From NCBI RefSeq assembly GCF_026571515.1, contig NW_026858123.1:124001-188000 (forward strand): a stretch of 64,000 nucleotides of DNA, written 5' to 3'. The stretch is from Ruditapes philippinarum. Lineage: Eukaryota. The notes beneath the pieces were generated by a model. The model was not told the origin of the DNA. It did not search any database and saw nothing but the letters and a program-made list of their open reading frames with translations. Below are positions 25,343 through 37,975 of the stretch, in pieces. Positions within the stretch are counted from its first letter, which is position 1, and every line of letters starts with the position of its first letter. A program made the translations under genes and the position numbers.

Positions 25343-27321
25343 AATTCTGTGCAACAGTTACCCTGCTGCTCATTGTTAATCTGAAGGATTTCGTTACACA
25401 TGTATCAGAGTCCTAAAATCGAGAGATAAATTGTATCTAGTTTGGCTTGGTTTGTCCAGATTGTTCACATTCAGATTGGTTTTGCCCTCTAGTAGTAGCT
25501 ATGGCCAGTTTTATTGTGGGCCTGGCCGTCAATCGTTGTGTTATTTTTTGCAAATTTGATCAGGTGCTGTGTTAACATGTGTTAAAATTATACACAATAT
25601 GCGTTGATGAACTTTATACTGATGCTATCACTTAGCAATAATTACCTCCCCTGGTCGCCATTTATGGGTCATTACCAATTTATTATCTACAATAACTTAT
25701 CCGAAGACTGACGGAAAGGGCCGAAAAGTTGCGATTGGGTCATTTGCTTAAGATAAATATCTCACGATCTCTGCAATATTTTTCATTTTGTAAGCTCCAC
25801 TTATTCACTTTTTATTAAATATTTTACATCATGATATTTTCAAAAGAATAGAAGAACTTCATAATATTTATTTCCATGCTTCTTTTTGAAGTGATCACGT
25901 GATTGTAAAAAATGAAACACTTAGAGATGTTGCAGAACTTTTCATGTTTTACTAACCCAATATATTCCATTCGCAGTTTAGATGAAAGTGTTTAAGTTGT
26001 TCATGTATACTCATGTATACTTAATTAGCTCACGTGTTTATGTTCAAAGCAAAGTCAATCATCAATTTCAGTTAATGCGTTTGGAAGAATGCCATGAATC
26101 TAACATGAAATAGTGAAATCTATACAAATGATGTGCCATGAAGTGCGCGGCGAACCGGATTAAAGAATAAACCATATTAAAATATGACACTATCTTTGTT
26201 ATTAAAGCATGTCAGAAGTTCATATCCAGTCTATTTCCGTAAAATCTCATATATTGTCTGGTCGTTGTGGGTAAAAGATGGATAACAATAAATGTACGTG
26301 ATGAAAGATTTTTCACAGACGAATTAATACTTCGTTCTGAGAGGACATACGCAGCAATTATTATTCACTCATTAATTTGGTATAGAAATCTTTATCAAAA
26401 ATATATCAAAATGCTTCAAATTGTCCTAGGTGACTAGAGTCTCGGTTAAATAGTCCGTTGGTCAAATTGTAATGAATACATAACAGTTCCTATAAAGCAC
26501 ATTTTGTATATAAACATTAGGATACTACAGTTATAGAAAAATGGAATTCCCAAAGAACGCCCAAAACGGCAAAGTTGTTGCAGGCTCGGTTTGATTGGAA
26601 CTATTCATGCCAGGTACCATGCCCCTTAGCACCGGCTCAAGCATGGTTCATCATTTAACATGTACTGCTAAAATCTTAGATTTAGAAACAGCCGCACAAT
26701 ACTTTTAACTTTCCGGTTTGATACAAACACGGGCATATATCTAACGTAATGTAAAAGAGTTCCTATCAAATTATCTTACCTATGTTGACTGCTATTACTG
26801 TATGTCGTATTTTAACTTTTGCGCCCCGAAATAGAAAAACGCAAAACATAAAGATATGACAAAGTAACTTTTGTCGTATCCTCGTATTTTCGGAATTTTG
26901 CCTAAAAAAATGCGAAAGGACGACAAAAGAAGGGCGACTTTAAACTTTGTCGTATATTTGTATATTGTGTGGAAAAGGGAAAAATACCATATGGCGTTCA
27001 TCAGCCGCCATACTTACACGATAATGCATTACATTCCCATTAGGAAATATATTCTACACTTAAATATATTACTAGTAAATGACAAATTTCAGATATAATC
27101 GTTTCAACAAATACGACAAATGTATTGATGTTTAAATATCCACTTTTATTTAATCAAAAAGTACAATGTCATTTGTCCTTTACCTTTAAAAACGTCTTTC
27201 TATTTGAAAAACCCGGATTTTATCTCATAATTATGTAATTAAAACAAGGGAGACAAGAAAAGTAATTTTATACATTTGATTTTTACAGGATAACACAACC
27301 AAAAATGATTTTATTAATGTT

Positions 27322-27954
27322 TTATTTATAAAAAAACAACTGTAAACCGTAAGAATTAAACTGTGTATCCATAGACGTGCGATCAAGCGGGATGTCTGGC
27401 ACGCAGTCATCTCCGTCCAAAATTGAGTTCATTCTGTCATATTCGATAAAATCCGGTTTAAGTCCAATTCGGCTATTCATATCTCCAGAAACCAATACCG
27501 TTCCTCGTTGACTAAAAAAGCTTATATCATTTTCTAAAATGTCAAATAAATTTTGATTACATACATTATAAGCAGCCGAATCTTGTCCCCATATATAAGT
27601 GGCACATAGATATATGTCTTTATCTAACATAAAGAATGATTTATCCAGCTTTATCCATATGATTGTGTCAAAGTGATTTCTAATAATTGAAATTCCTTTC
27701 GCTATATAGTCTCTGTAAAACAACATAATACCACCACTACTTCGACGTGCATTTCTGTGTTGAAATTTGCGATAGAAATTGTGCGATGCATATCCTTTCA
27801 ATTTTATATTACTATCTTTAGATGTCCATGATTCTAGAAGAAAAATAATATCATATTTAGATACTATATTACAGAAGTCTTCGTCCTCTTGTTTCTCTTT
27901 AGATAAGCCATTACAATTCCATACGGCAATCGAAACTACACCTTCTTGTAATTC
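27322..27954 (-). CDS. LINE ORF2 APE endonuclease N-terminal part (no AUG before the first motif; truncated)
   Basis: Open frame directly after the ORF1 TAG: ELQEGVVSIAVWNCNGL...LLESWT...RSSGGI...WIKL...ATYI...SGDMNSR. Ends before the SDH motif. Confidence 0.8.
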   Translation of the reverse strand, partial: ELQEGVVSIAVWNCNGLSKEKQEDEDFCNIVSKYDIIFLLESWTSKDSNIKLKGYASHNFYRKFQHRNARRSSGGIMLFYRDYIAKGISIIRNHFDTIIWIKLDKSFFMLDKDIYLCATYIWGQDSAAYNVCNQNLFDILENDISFFSQRGTVLVSGDMNSRIGLKPDFIEYDRMNSILDGDDCVPDIPLDRTSMDTQFNSYGLQLFFYK

Positions 27955-29094
27955 CTACGGTACCGTCCCATACGGACCATCTGTATACACTTTACCATCC
28001 ACGATAAGTTTGTTATATTTGATATATGCTTCCTTTTTTGCCTCTCGAGCCCTTTTCATAATTGGAACAAGTAATTTCCTTTGTGAAACAACTTCCGGCG
28101 GATATTGATCATGCATGAATAGTCCAGATTCTCTAGGATTGACATTATCTTTGAATGATTTTACGTAGTTTTTTGTCTTAAGGTTGTTGAAAGTAACTAA
28201 TACATTTTTTGGCTTACTTTGTCTTCGAACGCCTATTCGTCTAGCACTCTCTATTTCTAGTGTTGCCAAACTTTCCTCGGGGATCTTCAAATCGTCCTGA
28301 AAGTATTTTTTGACATTTCCAAGTGTCTGTTCGGCTGTTTCATCCTTTGATTCTTTAATCCCACCAATGATCAAATTACACATCATAGACTTAGCTTGGA
28401 TATAAATAATAGTCTCTTTTAATTTCTTATTTTCGGACTGTAAAATTGATACCTGCTCTTTTGTTTTATCCAAATTAAAATCATGTAATCCCACCATGTC
28501 CTCCACGTAACTTAATTTATCCTCACTTTTAGCCACTCTTTTATCTAAATCAGACCATAACTTATTGAGTTTATCATCCAGTTTTGTAACCTTTTCCTCC
28601 ACCGATTCTAATTTATTGAGTCTAGTGTTCATTTCCTCAAATTTTCCACTAATGAATTTCATCAATTCCTCATTTGTTACTTGTTTTATGCGTTGAAACT
28701 CATATGGAGATGTCGCTCCGACATTTTGTGTACATTCTTGCGTAAAATTCGTTGGCATAACAGACACAGGCGTTCGACACTGATTACTGTACGGTAGTTG
28801 TACATATTGCTGAGGGTTATAGTTCATCCCGTTATTGCCTTTAATCTGATCCATAGTATAACAATCCGTATTGTTAGAATATATCTGATCATTCACCGAA
28901 ATGTTTTCCGAGTTTAGTAACTGTAAATATGTACTATTCCCTTGTGAGCGATTTTCAGCTGTTAGTGTACTGGACAAAACCGTGTCGTCACAAGTTTTGA
29001 CCTCTAACCTTCTAGAGTCTTTTGTTCCCCTATCTGTTTTTGGCGTTTCCCCTTTACTGCTATTTTTCCTTTTTCTTTCCCGTTTAGGTCCCAT
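27955..29094 (-). CDS. LINE ORF1p (coiled coil + RRM/CTD-like), 379 aa
   Basis: Basic N-terminus, long heptad coiled coil, then NLIIGGIKE...IESARRIG...PKNVLVTF...DQYPPEVVSQRKLL...KAYIKYNKLIVDG, typical of LINE ORF1 C-terminal halves. Confidence 0.85.
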   Translation of the reverse strand: MGPKRERKRKNSSKGETPKTDRGTKDSRRLEVKTCDDTVLSSTLTAENRSQGNSTYLQLLNSENISVNDQIYSNNTDCYTMDQIKGNNGMNYNPQQYVQLPYSNQCRTPVSVMPTNFTQECTQNVGATSPYEFQRIKQVTNEELMKFISGKFEEMNTRLNKLESVEEKVTKLDDKLNKLWSDLDKRVAKSEDKLSYVEDMVGLHDFNLDKTKEQVSILQSENKKLKETIIYIQAKSMMCNLIIGGIKESKDETAEQTLGNVKKYFQDDLKIPEESLATLEIESARRIGVRRQSKPKNVLVTFNNLKTKNYVKSFKDNVNPRESGLFMHDQYPPEVVSQRKLLVPIMKRAREAKKEAYIKYNKLIVDGKVYTDGPYGTVP

Positions 29095-32000
29095 ATCCTT
29101 TAAAATCCGTTAAAATGGAACATGTTGCAAATGTTTATGTAAAAATCCTGTATATATTCCGAATGTAACGATATAAATTTTCACTTTTTGTAAGAGCTAA
29201 ACACAAACGACCGCCAATCTTTAAACTTGACCTTGACCTCTTTATTATTAATTAAAAGAAACAGTCGCATCACGGAACTAAGGAAAAGCGGTGTTTTCTC
29301 GGCCAATGAACTAAGCGAATAATTTACTATGATGTAATACAGTGGGACTGTCAAATATTTACTATTGTTGTATAACGTTGTGAATGATGTGATTTAGTAT
29401 GTGGAAAAAATGCAATACTTTATTAAAGCTCATTTTGCCCCCAGAAATGCTTTTAATATTTTTTTTCTCAAAATATTTTTATTTTTGGTGTCCTGTTATA
29501 GTTTCCAAACAGTTACTTATTAGTCATTCTAACACGACCCGCATTCTTCCCTATTGAACATAGAAGAACCGTGATATAATTCCTCGCATCCGAGGATTAT
29601 TGAGCGATAAAATCACAGTTTGGGATATATTATTTCTTAAATAACCTGAACCATATTTTTCTTCCTTTTTTGGCAACTTAAACAGTCGTTAAGGATATTG
29701 TATGGAAGTAAAAATACTTTTGTTACTTTTATGACCAATAATTCAACATTAGGCGCTACTTTTTCCAGGCGATAGGCGTCCAATAAACCTTTACATCATT
29801 ATCTAAACGTTACAAAACTAATAAAAAATATATATTTATTCGTTTCTAAGACATAATGTATCGTTAATAGTGATTATTTGAAAATGATTTACATTTGAAT
29901 ATAATAACTGCTCAGTTTCCAGTAGTGACCTAAATTCTCTTTCTTGACAAATCAATGTCATGGTAAAAAGAGAGGGACAGAGAGAAAAAGTAACATGGCC
30001 GGAAATTTCGTTCAGACGAACCCTGTTACAAACTTGCTGAAGTTTTGTCATGGGATTGTCCAAATTTATATTTGAAACAGTCCATTACAAGTATAAGGGA
30101 TTGTATTATTAACATACAAAAAAATAAGAAGCACACAGTAGACTGCATGGACGTGTGGGCTGGCATGGCCCTTTAATGGTGACTTTTGGTTCCAGAAGGC
30201 TTAGGATCAAGTGCAAAGGTTTAATTGTTTTAAGCGAAGAAACACTACAAATTTATTTCATAAACTGCTGTTTTACTTGCTATACTTAATGATGCTCTTT
30301 TTTTCATTTTAAAAGGACCACTTCAAAGAACAAAGTAAAATTATGAATTAACATTAATTATAATATGTCACTGTCGTTTGACGGTTTGAATTACTATTTG
30401 CAATAATATTACACCGTCATGAGTAATAATTTACAGTTGAAGTGGTATTAAAACAGTACTATTAAATGGTCAATATGTTTTAAGTCAAATCAATAGGAAG
30501 TCAATATCTATGCAAATATTCTCACATCGTAACGATGATTATCTGACCAAATTCCAGCGTATTTTCTCGTTGTTTATTATCACGGATGTGTTGTTCTTAC
30601 ACTGGTACTTTTCCGGAATAATTATCCAATGGTAAAAGTATCAGAATTATATCAGATTCTACACCTTGCCTTTATCTATGTTTGTGTATCAGTTAATAGA
30701 CCATACATCATTATAATTTGATGCAAGAAATCAAACTAAATAACCTCGTAGTAGTTTACTGTGAATGAAATTCACACCTACGTTTATTTTGTTTTACTGA
30801 GATAGTTATGTGCATGTATATACGCCGTATAAATATTTATAGGTATTTAGTAATGGAAGAAAACATTTTCTCAATTAGATTCCGTATTTATGGGTGCTTT
30901 ATTACAAAACAGGCCACAGAGTTTACGTACTATCGTCCATATTTACTGTACTAAATAACGCAATGACGAAAATGAATGTGTCTTGAATGATTTGTTTTAG
31001 AGTTTTACATACATTTTTCTAAGGCATATGAGTTCAATTAACATGTATTTTATAAACCTTGTCGGCCCTCTGTCAAATTATTATTATAAGTATGGGAAAT
31101 TGGCTACAAGTTCCAAATACAGTTTCTTATAACAAACGTAGTGTTAATTTATTAATTATTTAAGAGTTAAATAATATTTTTTTAAAAGGTTCAGTTGTCA
31201 ATCGTTTTTTAATACATAAATTAACAACTTTTTCACCTTTCGTCTTCTTTTTATTGGAATTTCTATCGCCAAGTATCTTAACAAATGAGACCATATTCTT
31301 TATATCAAATCCGGATACTTGAAAATAAATTACATGATTATTAATTTGCCAAATAGTTTTGTTATAATTGGCAATTATGCACATTAGAACACGCCAAGTT
31401 CAATGTATTGTAATGATTTACGGGTGCACCAGAAAGCTATAGCAACTTTTTTCTATGCTTGTGTGCCTAGAACAGGTATTGTTTTCAATCAAACAGACTT
31501 CATGTTGAGAGATACAAACCAAAAATTTAAGAATAATATGTTTGGTACTTTAACAATATCAACAATAAATCGTACCTGTTGGTTATTGACAACTGAATGG
31601 TTTGTTCAATATACACGCACATTTTTTTTCAATAACAAGTGAGGCCGAAAAGTTTGTTTTGCTCTCCAAATTTCCGACAATTACACACAATTTCCGGAAG
31701 TTAACATTTCTAAAAACATGAAGTAATGTTTTAAAGAAAAAAATAGTGACATATGGAGATCCTCAATCAATAACTCTGATCACGAGCTTTCTGTTTAATG
31801 TTTGATCTATTAGAGAATTTGTTTGACCTTTACAAGAATTTGACCTTTACAAGAATCTTATTACTATACTGTACAAGTGTGTAAATATCTGTGATAAACA
31901 CCAAAGGTATGGGGAATATAACTAAACGTCTCTTCGTATATAATTATTATTAGAATTAAGATGCTATTTTGGGACACCGTTTTAACTTTGTAAAAAGTCA

Positions 32001-32564
32001 TGATCGTGCCATGGACTGAGTCTAAGACCAAAAATTGCTTTGCCTCCTACAGTAGTGTCATTATTTCGACTGCAAGACAGACTCATATTCCATAGATGTT
32101 TTAGCGATGTAAAACAAAAACGTTGACATGTGTAGAATTTATAAGCGTTATGCATCAAAAACATAAACTTTCTGATCAATTTTAGTTCAAATTGAATCTA
32201 TTTTGAATAAGCTTTGTAGGTATACGTATGCATACAGTATTGTTTTTCAAGGAATGTCAAGAAAAAAGAATTACGCATTATTATGCTTCCGGATTCTTTC
32301 CAGTTATGCTATAAACATTTACAACAAAAGTTACGAGGTTAAATGAAGTTAATAAAACATTCTCTCATGCCTGAAATGATTAACAGATATGTTGCTTAAA
32401 TCTCCAGCAGTAGAAGCTGGAAATATCACCATGTTACGTGTTTAATATTACGTCGTGTCAATTAGAATGACTTTCACAAGAAGCTTCTTTTAAAATTTTC
32501 CAAAACAGACGTGCATTATTATATCTTACAGTTAACAGTTTTTTTTGTTTTTTTATTAAAATCA

Positions 32565-32720
32565 TAAGTAAGTAAGTAAGTAAAGTTTATTTTTGTAACA
32601 TAGGCCTCCGGCCCAAAATACAACATAATACAACAAAAACATGAAATAGCAATGGAAAATACAATGGGATGACCATAGATATACATAGTATATTGTAATG
32701 TGAACATTGGTAGACATCAT
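32565..32720 (-). mobile_element. Probable LINE 3' tail remnant
   Basis: On the minus strand, AATAAA is followed by a (TTAC)n tail. Confidence 0.4.
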
Positions 32721-33249
32721 ATCATATTTTTTAAACATATATAACGATAGTAATTACTAATTACGGTTATACACTGAGATGGTCAGACGTTCTGTTAATA
32801 GAACCAGTTATAAGTGTTATTGTAGGAGTTTTAGTTTGAAATTAACATTAGTGGACTCAGTTTAAAGTGTAGTGTTATTGGTGTTACTTTGGATAAATTT
32901 AAATTTGAGATTTAATGTATGAACTGTGAGTAAAAGTAACATAAATTATCTATATATTGACATGTATAATGTGTAGTATTTAGTATATCGCTTCAAACCT
33001 GACTGAACTGATAGTATTTATACTGTTTGTACAAGCCATACGGTCAATTATAAAAAACTACGGAATACAATATTTGACATGGATGTTGATATCAATACAT
33101 ATAGATATAGAAAAGGAATCTTCACGCAACCAAAGAAGTGCTTTCTTCATTCAGCTTCAATTGCTCTAGATGGAATTCCTCTTTGTATTAGACTGTTAAT
33201 ATTCTGCCTCCGTGTTGCAAGTGGTATAGAGCGTAATCCTGTCAAACTG

Positions 33250-36200
33250 TCAATGTCTCCAAACGTGGACGGCCTAGTTCTAAAGGTCTACCCAAAGCCC
33301 TAGCGGTCATTCAACAGATAAACATTATGTTGTTTCACAAGGTTCACCTCCAAGATCCCAAACTCTTAGATCTCAAAGTCAGATTCAACCACAAATTAAT
33401 GACTGGTTAAATAATGAGTTACCTATGCCAGCTGGTGATGACGGTAATGCTAATATGGATGCACATATTGAAGCTCATTCAAGTGAGGATGTTAGTACTT
33501 TAAATCTTGAGCAAGTAATCATTGAGACACAACGACATATTAAAGGTTTAAATGTGTTTTTTTTGGTAACTTGTTAATTACAACCACCACAGACATTGAA
33601 GATTGTTATTGTTAGATAATGGCTTCTATAAGCTTCTGCTTTCGGCCAAAATCTATAATTATTGTTATGTTGTTATTTACACATGTACAAATATTCTAAA
33701 TAAAATATGTTTAAACCAAAGGTTTAAATGTAAAATTTGACGATTTTAGAAAAGATCTTAATTCGCTTAAGGCATCAAAAGCAAAATTGCAAGAAGAAAA
33801 TAAAATCTTAACAAATACAGTGTCAGATTTAACGGCTAAAATTGCATCCATGGAGACAAAAATCGATAATGCAAATGAACGGTGTGAACACATTGAGAGA
33901 AAATTTACTTTTCTTTGGGTTTCGACAAGAAAGCCATGAATCATGGGATGAGTCTGAAGCTAAAGTAAGAAATAACATATCGAATAATCTTGAGATAGAC
34001 GAAACTACTATTGAGCTTGAACGTGCACATCGCTTGACAAAAAAAAGTAACTTCTCCTATAATTGTTAAGTTTAACAAATTCAAAGATAAAGATCTTATT
34101 CTACAAAAATACCACCAAGTCCGAAAGTCTAAAGCAAGCAGCAGCGATTAACTAGATTATGACGATATTCGAGTATCTGAAGACTTTACAGCGCATACTA
34201 GGAAAATTAGGATCAAACTTATTTCGTATATCGACATCTCTAAGAAGCAGAACAAAAGATCGTTTATTAGATATGATAAGCTGATTGTGGACGGTGTACC
34301 TTATATCTTTGACTTTGACAAGGATGATATTGTTCCCGAGAAATAGGACAGTGGCCAAGGTCTGAATAATAAACTGTCACATTTGAATATTGGACATGAT
34401 GTTACAAATTCTGATTTTGACGTGAATTTTCATGCTATGAAATTAGGTGTGTGGAATGTTTCTGGTTTATCATCAAAATTGACTGGAAGAAACGATATTT
34501 GTGATTCAACAAATTTTGTTGATTTAGCATTATTGGTTTTGTAGAAACTTGGGCTAAGAGTTATGGTGAGTTTTCATTAACTCGGTATACATGTTTTGAT
34601 GTTATTAGACCATAATCTAAAAATGCAGAACGAAATTCAGGTGGAATATCTGTTTTTGTAAGAAATATTATATTTCAGTGTGAAGATATTAAACAACTAA
34701 GATCCTCTAGTCACAATATTTTATGTCTACTTGTTAAATCTAAAGTTAATATTTTTCATAATACAGTCGACTCCGCTTATAACGAACTCAATGGGACATT
34801 TAAATATCGTTCGTTATATCAAAGTTCGCTAAAAGCGAAGTAGCAACAACTTGCTGACTTATTTTGTGTGTGTGTGTGGGGGGGGGGGGGGTTAAATTTG
34901 CCGTTATAAAGGCAAACCTTCGTACTGGTTACCAGTATAATCGGTATTTTACGGCAGCGGTATTTTAATGCGGGTCATGTTATTGAACAATATATCAAGG
35001 ACATGGTACATGTATTTAGACATGTAGTACTTGTCTATAAAGTGCGTACCATTTGTGTTCTTTCACTATTTGTTTGTTATTGTTTCGTTAATATTGCAAA
35101 CAAAAAATCGGTTATTTGGTAATTATCGGGTATTTACAGCAATTATCAACTGAGGGTGCGAAATACATATTTTCAGTAACAGGCAGGAAATTGTGTTCTG
35201 AGAACATTTTATTCTGAACTGTACAATCACTAGTTTGAATAATAATCGGATAGCGGTATTCATGTACTGATCTTAATCGAGAGCATCCCGATATTTCAAT
35301 TATTACAGTTTGTTTTAACCGAGGAAATTTACATGTTTTTCGCCGTTAGGGACTTGAAGGAATGGTTCGCTATAGCCGAAAATTCGTTTTAAACGAGTAC
35401 GTATTAAGCGATGTGATTTAATATAAAATAAAGAAGGTATCGGCCGGGGATGTTAGATTTAGTTCGCTTTCAACGATAATTCGTTATAAGCAAGTTCGTA
35501 ATAAGTGGAGTCGACTGTATGCTATTAGGTTTTATTTATATGTCTCCAGAAAATTCGTCCATACATTCGAATCAGGCATTGTTTGATATCATTGAAAACG
35601 AGCTTGCTATTTTCAAAAGTGACTATCCGGGGCATTCCATTTTTGTTTTAGGTGACTTTAATGCATATTCGTCCACAAACCCTGATTATATTGCTATGGG
35701 TAGTGAAATTCCATTGTTAAGTGATACATTTTATATTGAAGATACATTTCCGCCACCTAGAGCTAATACTGATGGTAAATCTATAAATAATTACGGCCAA
35801 CATTGCTTCAGCTTTGTATTCCTTCTGGGCTTCGTATATGTAATGGCAGAATCGGTCACGATGCTGGAAAAGGTTGTTGTCCTTGTTATACTGATTATTC
35901 TCCTAGTCTTATTGATTATATTTTGTCTGATATGTCACTATCAGATTATGTTTTAGATTTTAATGTTGAAAATCGAATTGAATCTATACACATGCCCGTC
36001 TACATTAAAATTAAGAGCTCAACACAATTAGAAGATAATCTCTGTCTGAACCAGTATTTAGTAATGTCTCTGAAAATCTATATACTAAACTGAAATGGGA
36101 TGCAAATAATAAACAACAATATATTGAAAAGCTAATTATAGGTCTTGACTCTATGTATGACTATCTTAATACTGCTTTAGATAATAATGATATACATCTA

Positions 36201-36260
36201 GCTTTACAGAGACTAACAGATTGCTTTTACAATGCTGGATCAAACAGAAATAGAAATAAT
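33250..36260 (+). mobile_element. Decayed LINE (ORF1 + APE endonuclease + linker), interrupted by a MITE, no RT
   Basis: ORF1 remnants (coiled coil, RENLLFFG, LERAHRL, RYDKLIVDG) precede EN remnants (GVWNVSGL, VETW, RNSGGI, FIYMSP, LGDFNA, RICNGR, SLIDY). Confidence 0.85.
34764..35517. mobile_element. Tc1/pogo-type MITE inserted in LINE endonuclease (copy 1)
   Basis: TA|CAGTCGACTCCGCTTAT...ATAAGTGGAGTCGACTG|TA. Removing it rejoins ...VNIFHN-MLLGFIY. Confidence 0.9.
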
Positions 36261-36299
36261 GGCGTTAATAATGATCTTAATACAAATCAGAAATTAAAA

Positions 36300-37975
36300 T
36301 TATATCTACATTTACGTAATACAGTTTTGTACTCAGACCTGGTTTTTACCATGTTTACTCTATTAAAATCATTCATTCTGACAATCACGATATTTGTTTA
36401 AAAATTTATAAAATATCTGCTATTGTCGTTGACGGTAAGTATTTTCTCAATCCCCCAACCCATTTTTTACCCCCCACCACCACCTTTTCACCCTTCAAGC
36501 CCTTATCCCTTTAATTCCCTTATGGGCCCGTTTAAGTTGATATTATTTCACATTACATGTCCTATTTCTCACCCTTATGTCTGCTCTAGGTTGTTTTTTT
36601 TAGTGTGTCGGAGGGCCGCATCCTGTGAACGTTGCCTTTGCCTTGTTGATCTTTATTCTTGTTTTTTTTTTCAAACACTAACTATTAAAGCATGGTTGAT
36701 TTACATCATTTGTTTCACACTTAGAGCCAGTGGCTGTTCGAAACCCTTTTGATAAATGGAAAGCAATATTATTAAATATGCTTTAAAAATTTTGCAAACA
36801 ATTATCGATGTCGCCCTTTGTAAATCTTAATAAAATATTATTTTCAAAATTATCAAGATTCTCAATATTTTTCTTCTGTTGATAAAAACTGAATAAATTG
36901 ATCTTTCAAATTTTCTTTCCATACATAGGTATAATCAACACTATCATTATTCTGATTTAAATCCTTATAGTCATAATTACTGTCAACATAATCAGTAGAT
37001 TTATTAAACACAAAGGAAACAGTTATGACAGTGATCAGACACAATATTAGGACAATCAGTATCAAAGGTAACAATTTTCTCTCATAAACTATGTTTACAC
37101 AATAAATAGTCAACAACACTACACACTGTATTATTCACAAATGTGTATTTACCAATATTATAACCTTTATCTTCCGTCCATTCATTGTTCTATAACCCGT
37201 TTGTTTACAAAAATCTAAAAGCAACCTACCATTATTATTCACATGCGCTCTTTATCTTGTGATTACCGATCTAAATTTCTATCTGTCTGATTATCGTCTG
37301 GTAAAATATCACTATAAAAATATTATAAGTATCATGAATAACACAATCTGGGAGTACCGACTTTCGGGCATTGAAATCGCCAAAAATTGTATAACAGCAG
37401 TCATCATTTGAACAATTTTCTACATAAGTAGCTGAATCAATCAATCTGTCAAAAATGTTATCAACTTTCATGAACCACCTGAATTCCGTTTGCTGTATTT
37501 TTAACAGATGTTCTATGTAAAACAAAATACTTATACTCAAAACCGTCGACCTGTATATTAGAGAATGAATATGTCCACAATTCTGTAAAAAGAACAATGT
37601 CATTACTTTCAAACACATTTTTCACAAAATCTGAATTTAGTTTATCCGTCCGTTTATTTTGCAAACCATTTATATTCATATACGCACATCTAATAGCGAC
37701 CTTTAAGTGGCGGCGTGGCCGACTGGTAAATGCGTCGGACTAGTAATCAAAGGATTGCTGGCCGCATGGGTTCAAACCCTTGCAGGGGCAAGCCGTTGTT
37801 TCCTTGAGCAAGAACTTTACATTCATTGCTTAGTACTGGTTGGTTCTAGGAACGGATTCGAGAGTGTTTCAATAAGCTTATAGCTTCCAACACAATCGAA
37901 CTAAAATAAATTTGTATGAACTATTAATAGCGACCTCCTCCGCGGTGTCCTTGATATTGACTTGCTGCCCACGCG
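36300..37975 (-). mobile_element. Decayed LINE endonuclease/linker fragment (third family), with SINE and 250-bp repeat insertions
   Basis: MNINGLQ...VLFTELWT, FGDFNAR, DHC and YVWK remnants on the minus strand. Duplicated at about 40250-41920; a diverged paralog lies at 47557-51325. Confidence 0.75.
37703..37924 (+). mobile_element. CORE-like tRNA SINE with 12-bp TSD
   Basis: TAATAGCGACCT at 37691-37702 and 37925-37936; box A and box B present. Confidence 0.9.

Larger units (their letters stand above)
27322..29240 (-). mobile_element. Non-LTR retrotransposon (CR1/L2-like group): 5'UTR + ORF1 + APE endonuclease, 3'-truncated
   Basis: An intact ORF1 is followed in the same frame by an endonuclease. 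No RT follows. Confidence 0.85.

Noticed and set aside
29300-32500. Short ORFs in AT-rich intergenic DNA
   Set aside because: No domain motifs or consistent splice structure found.
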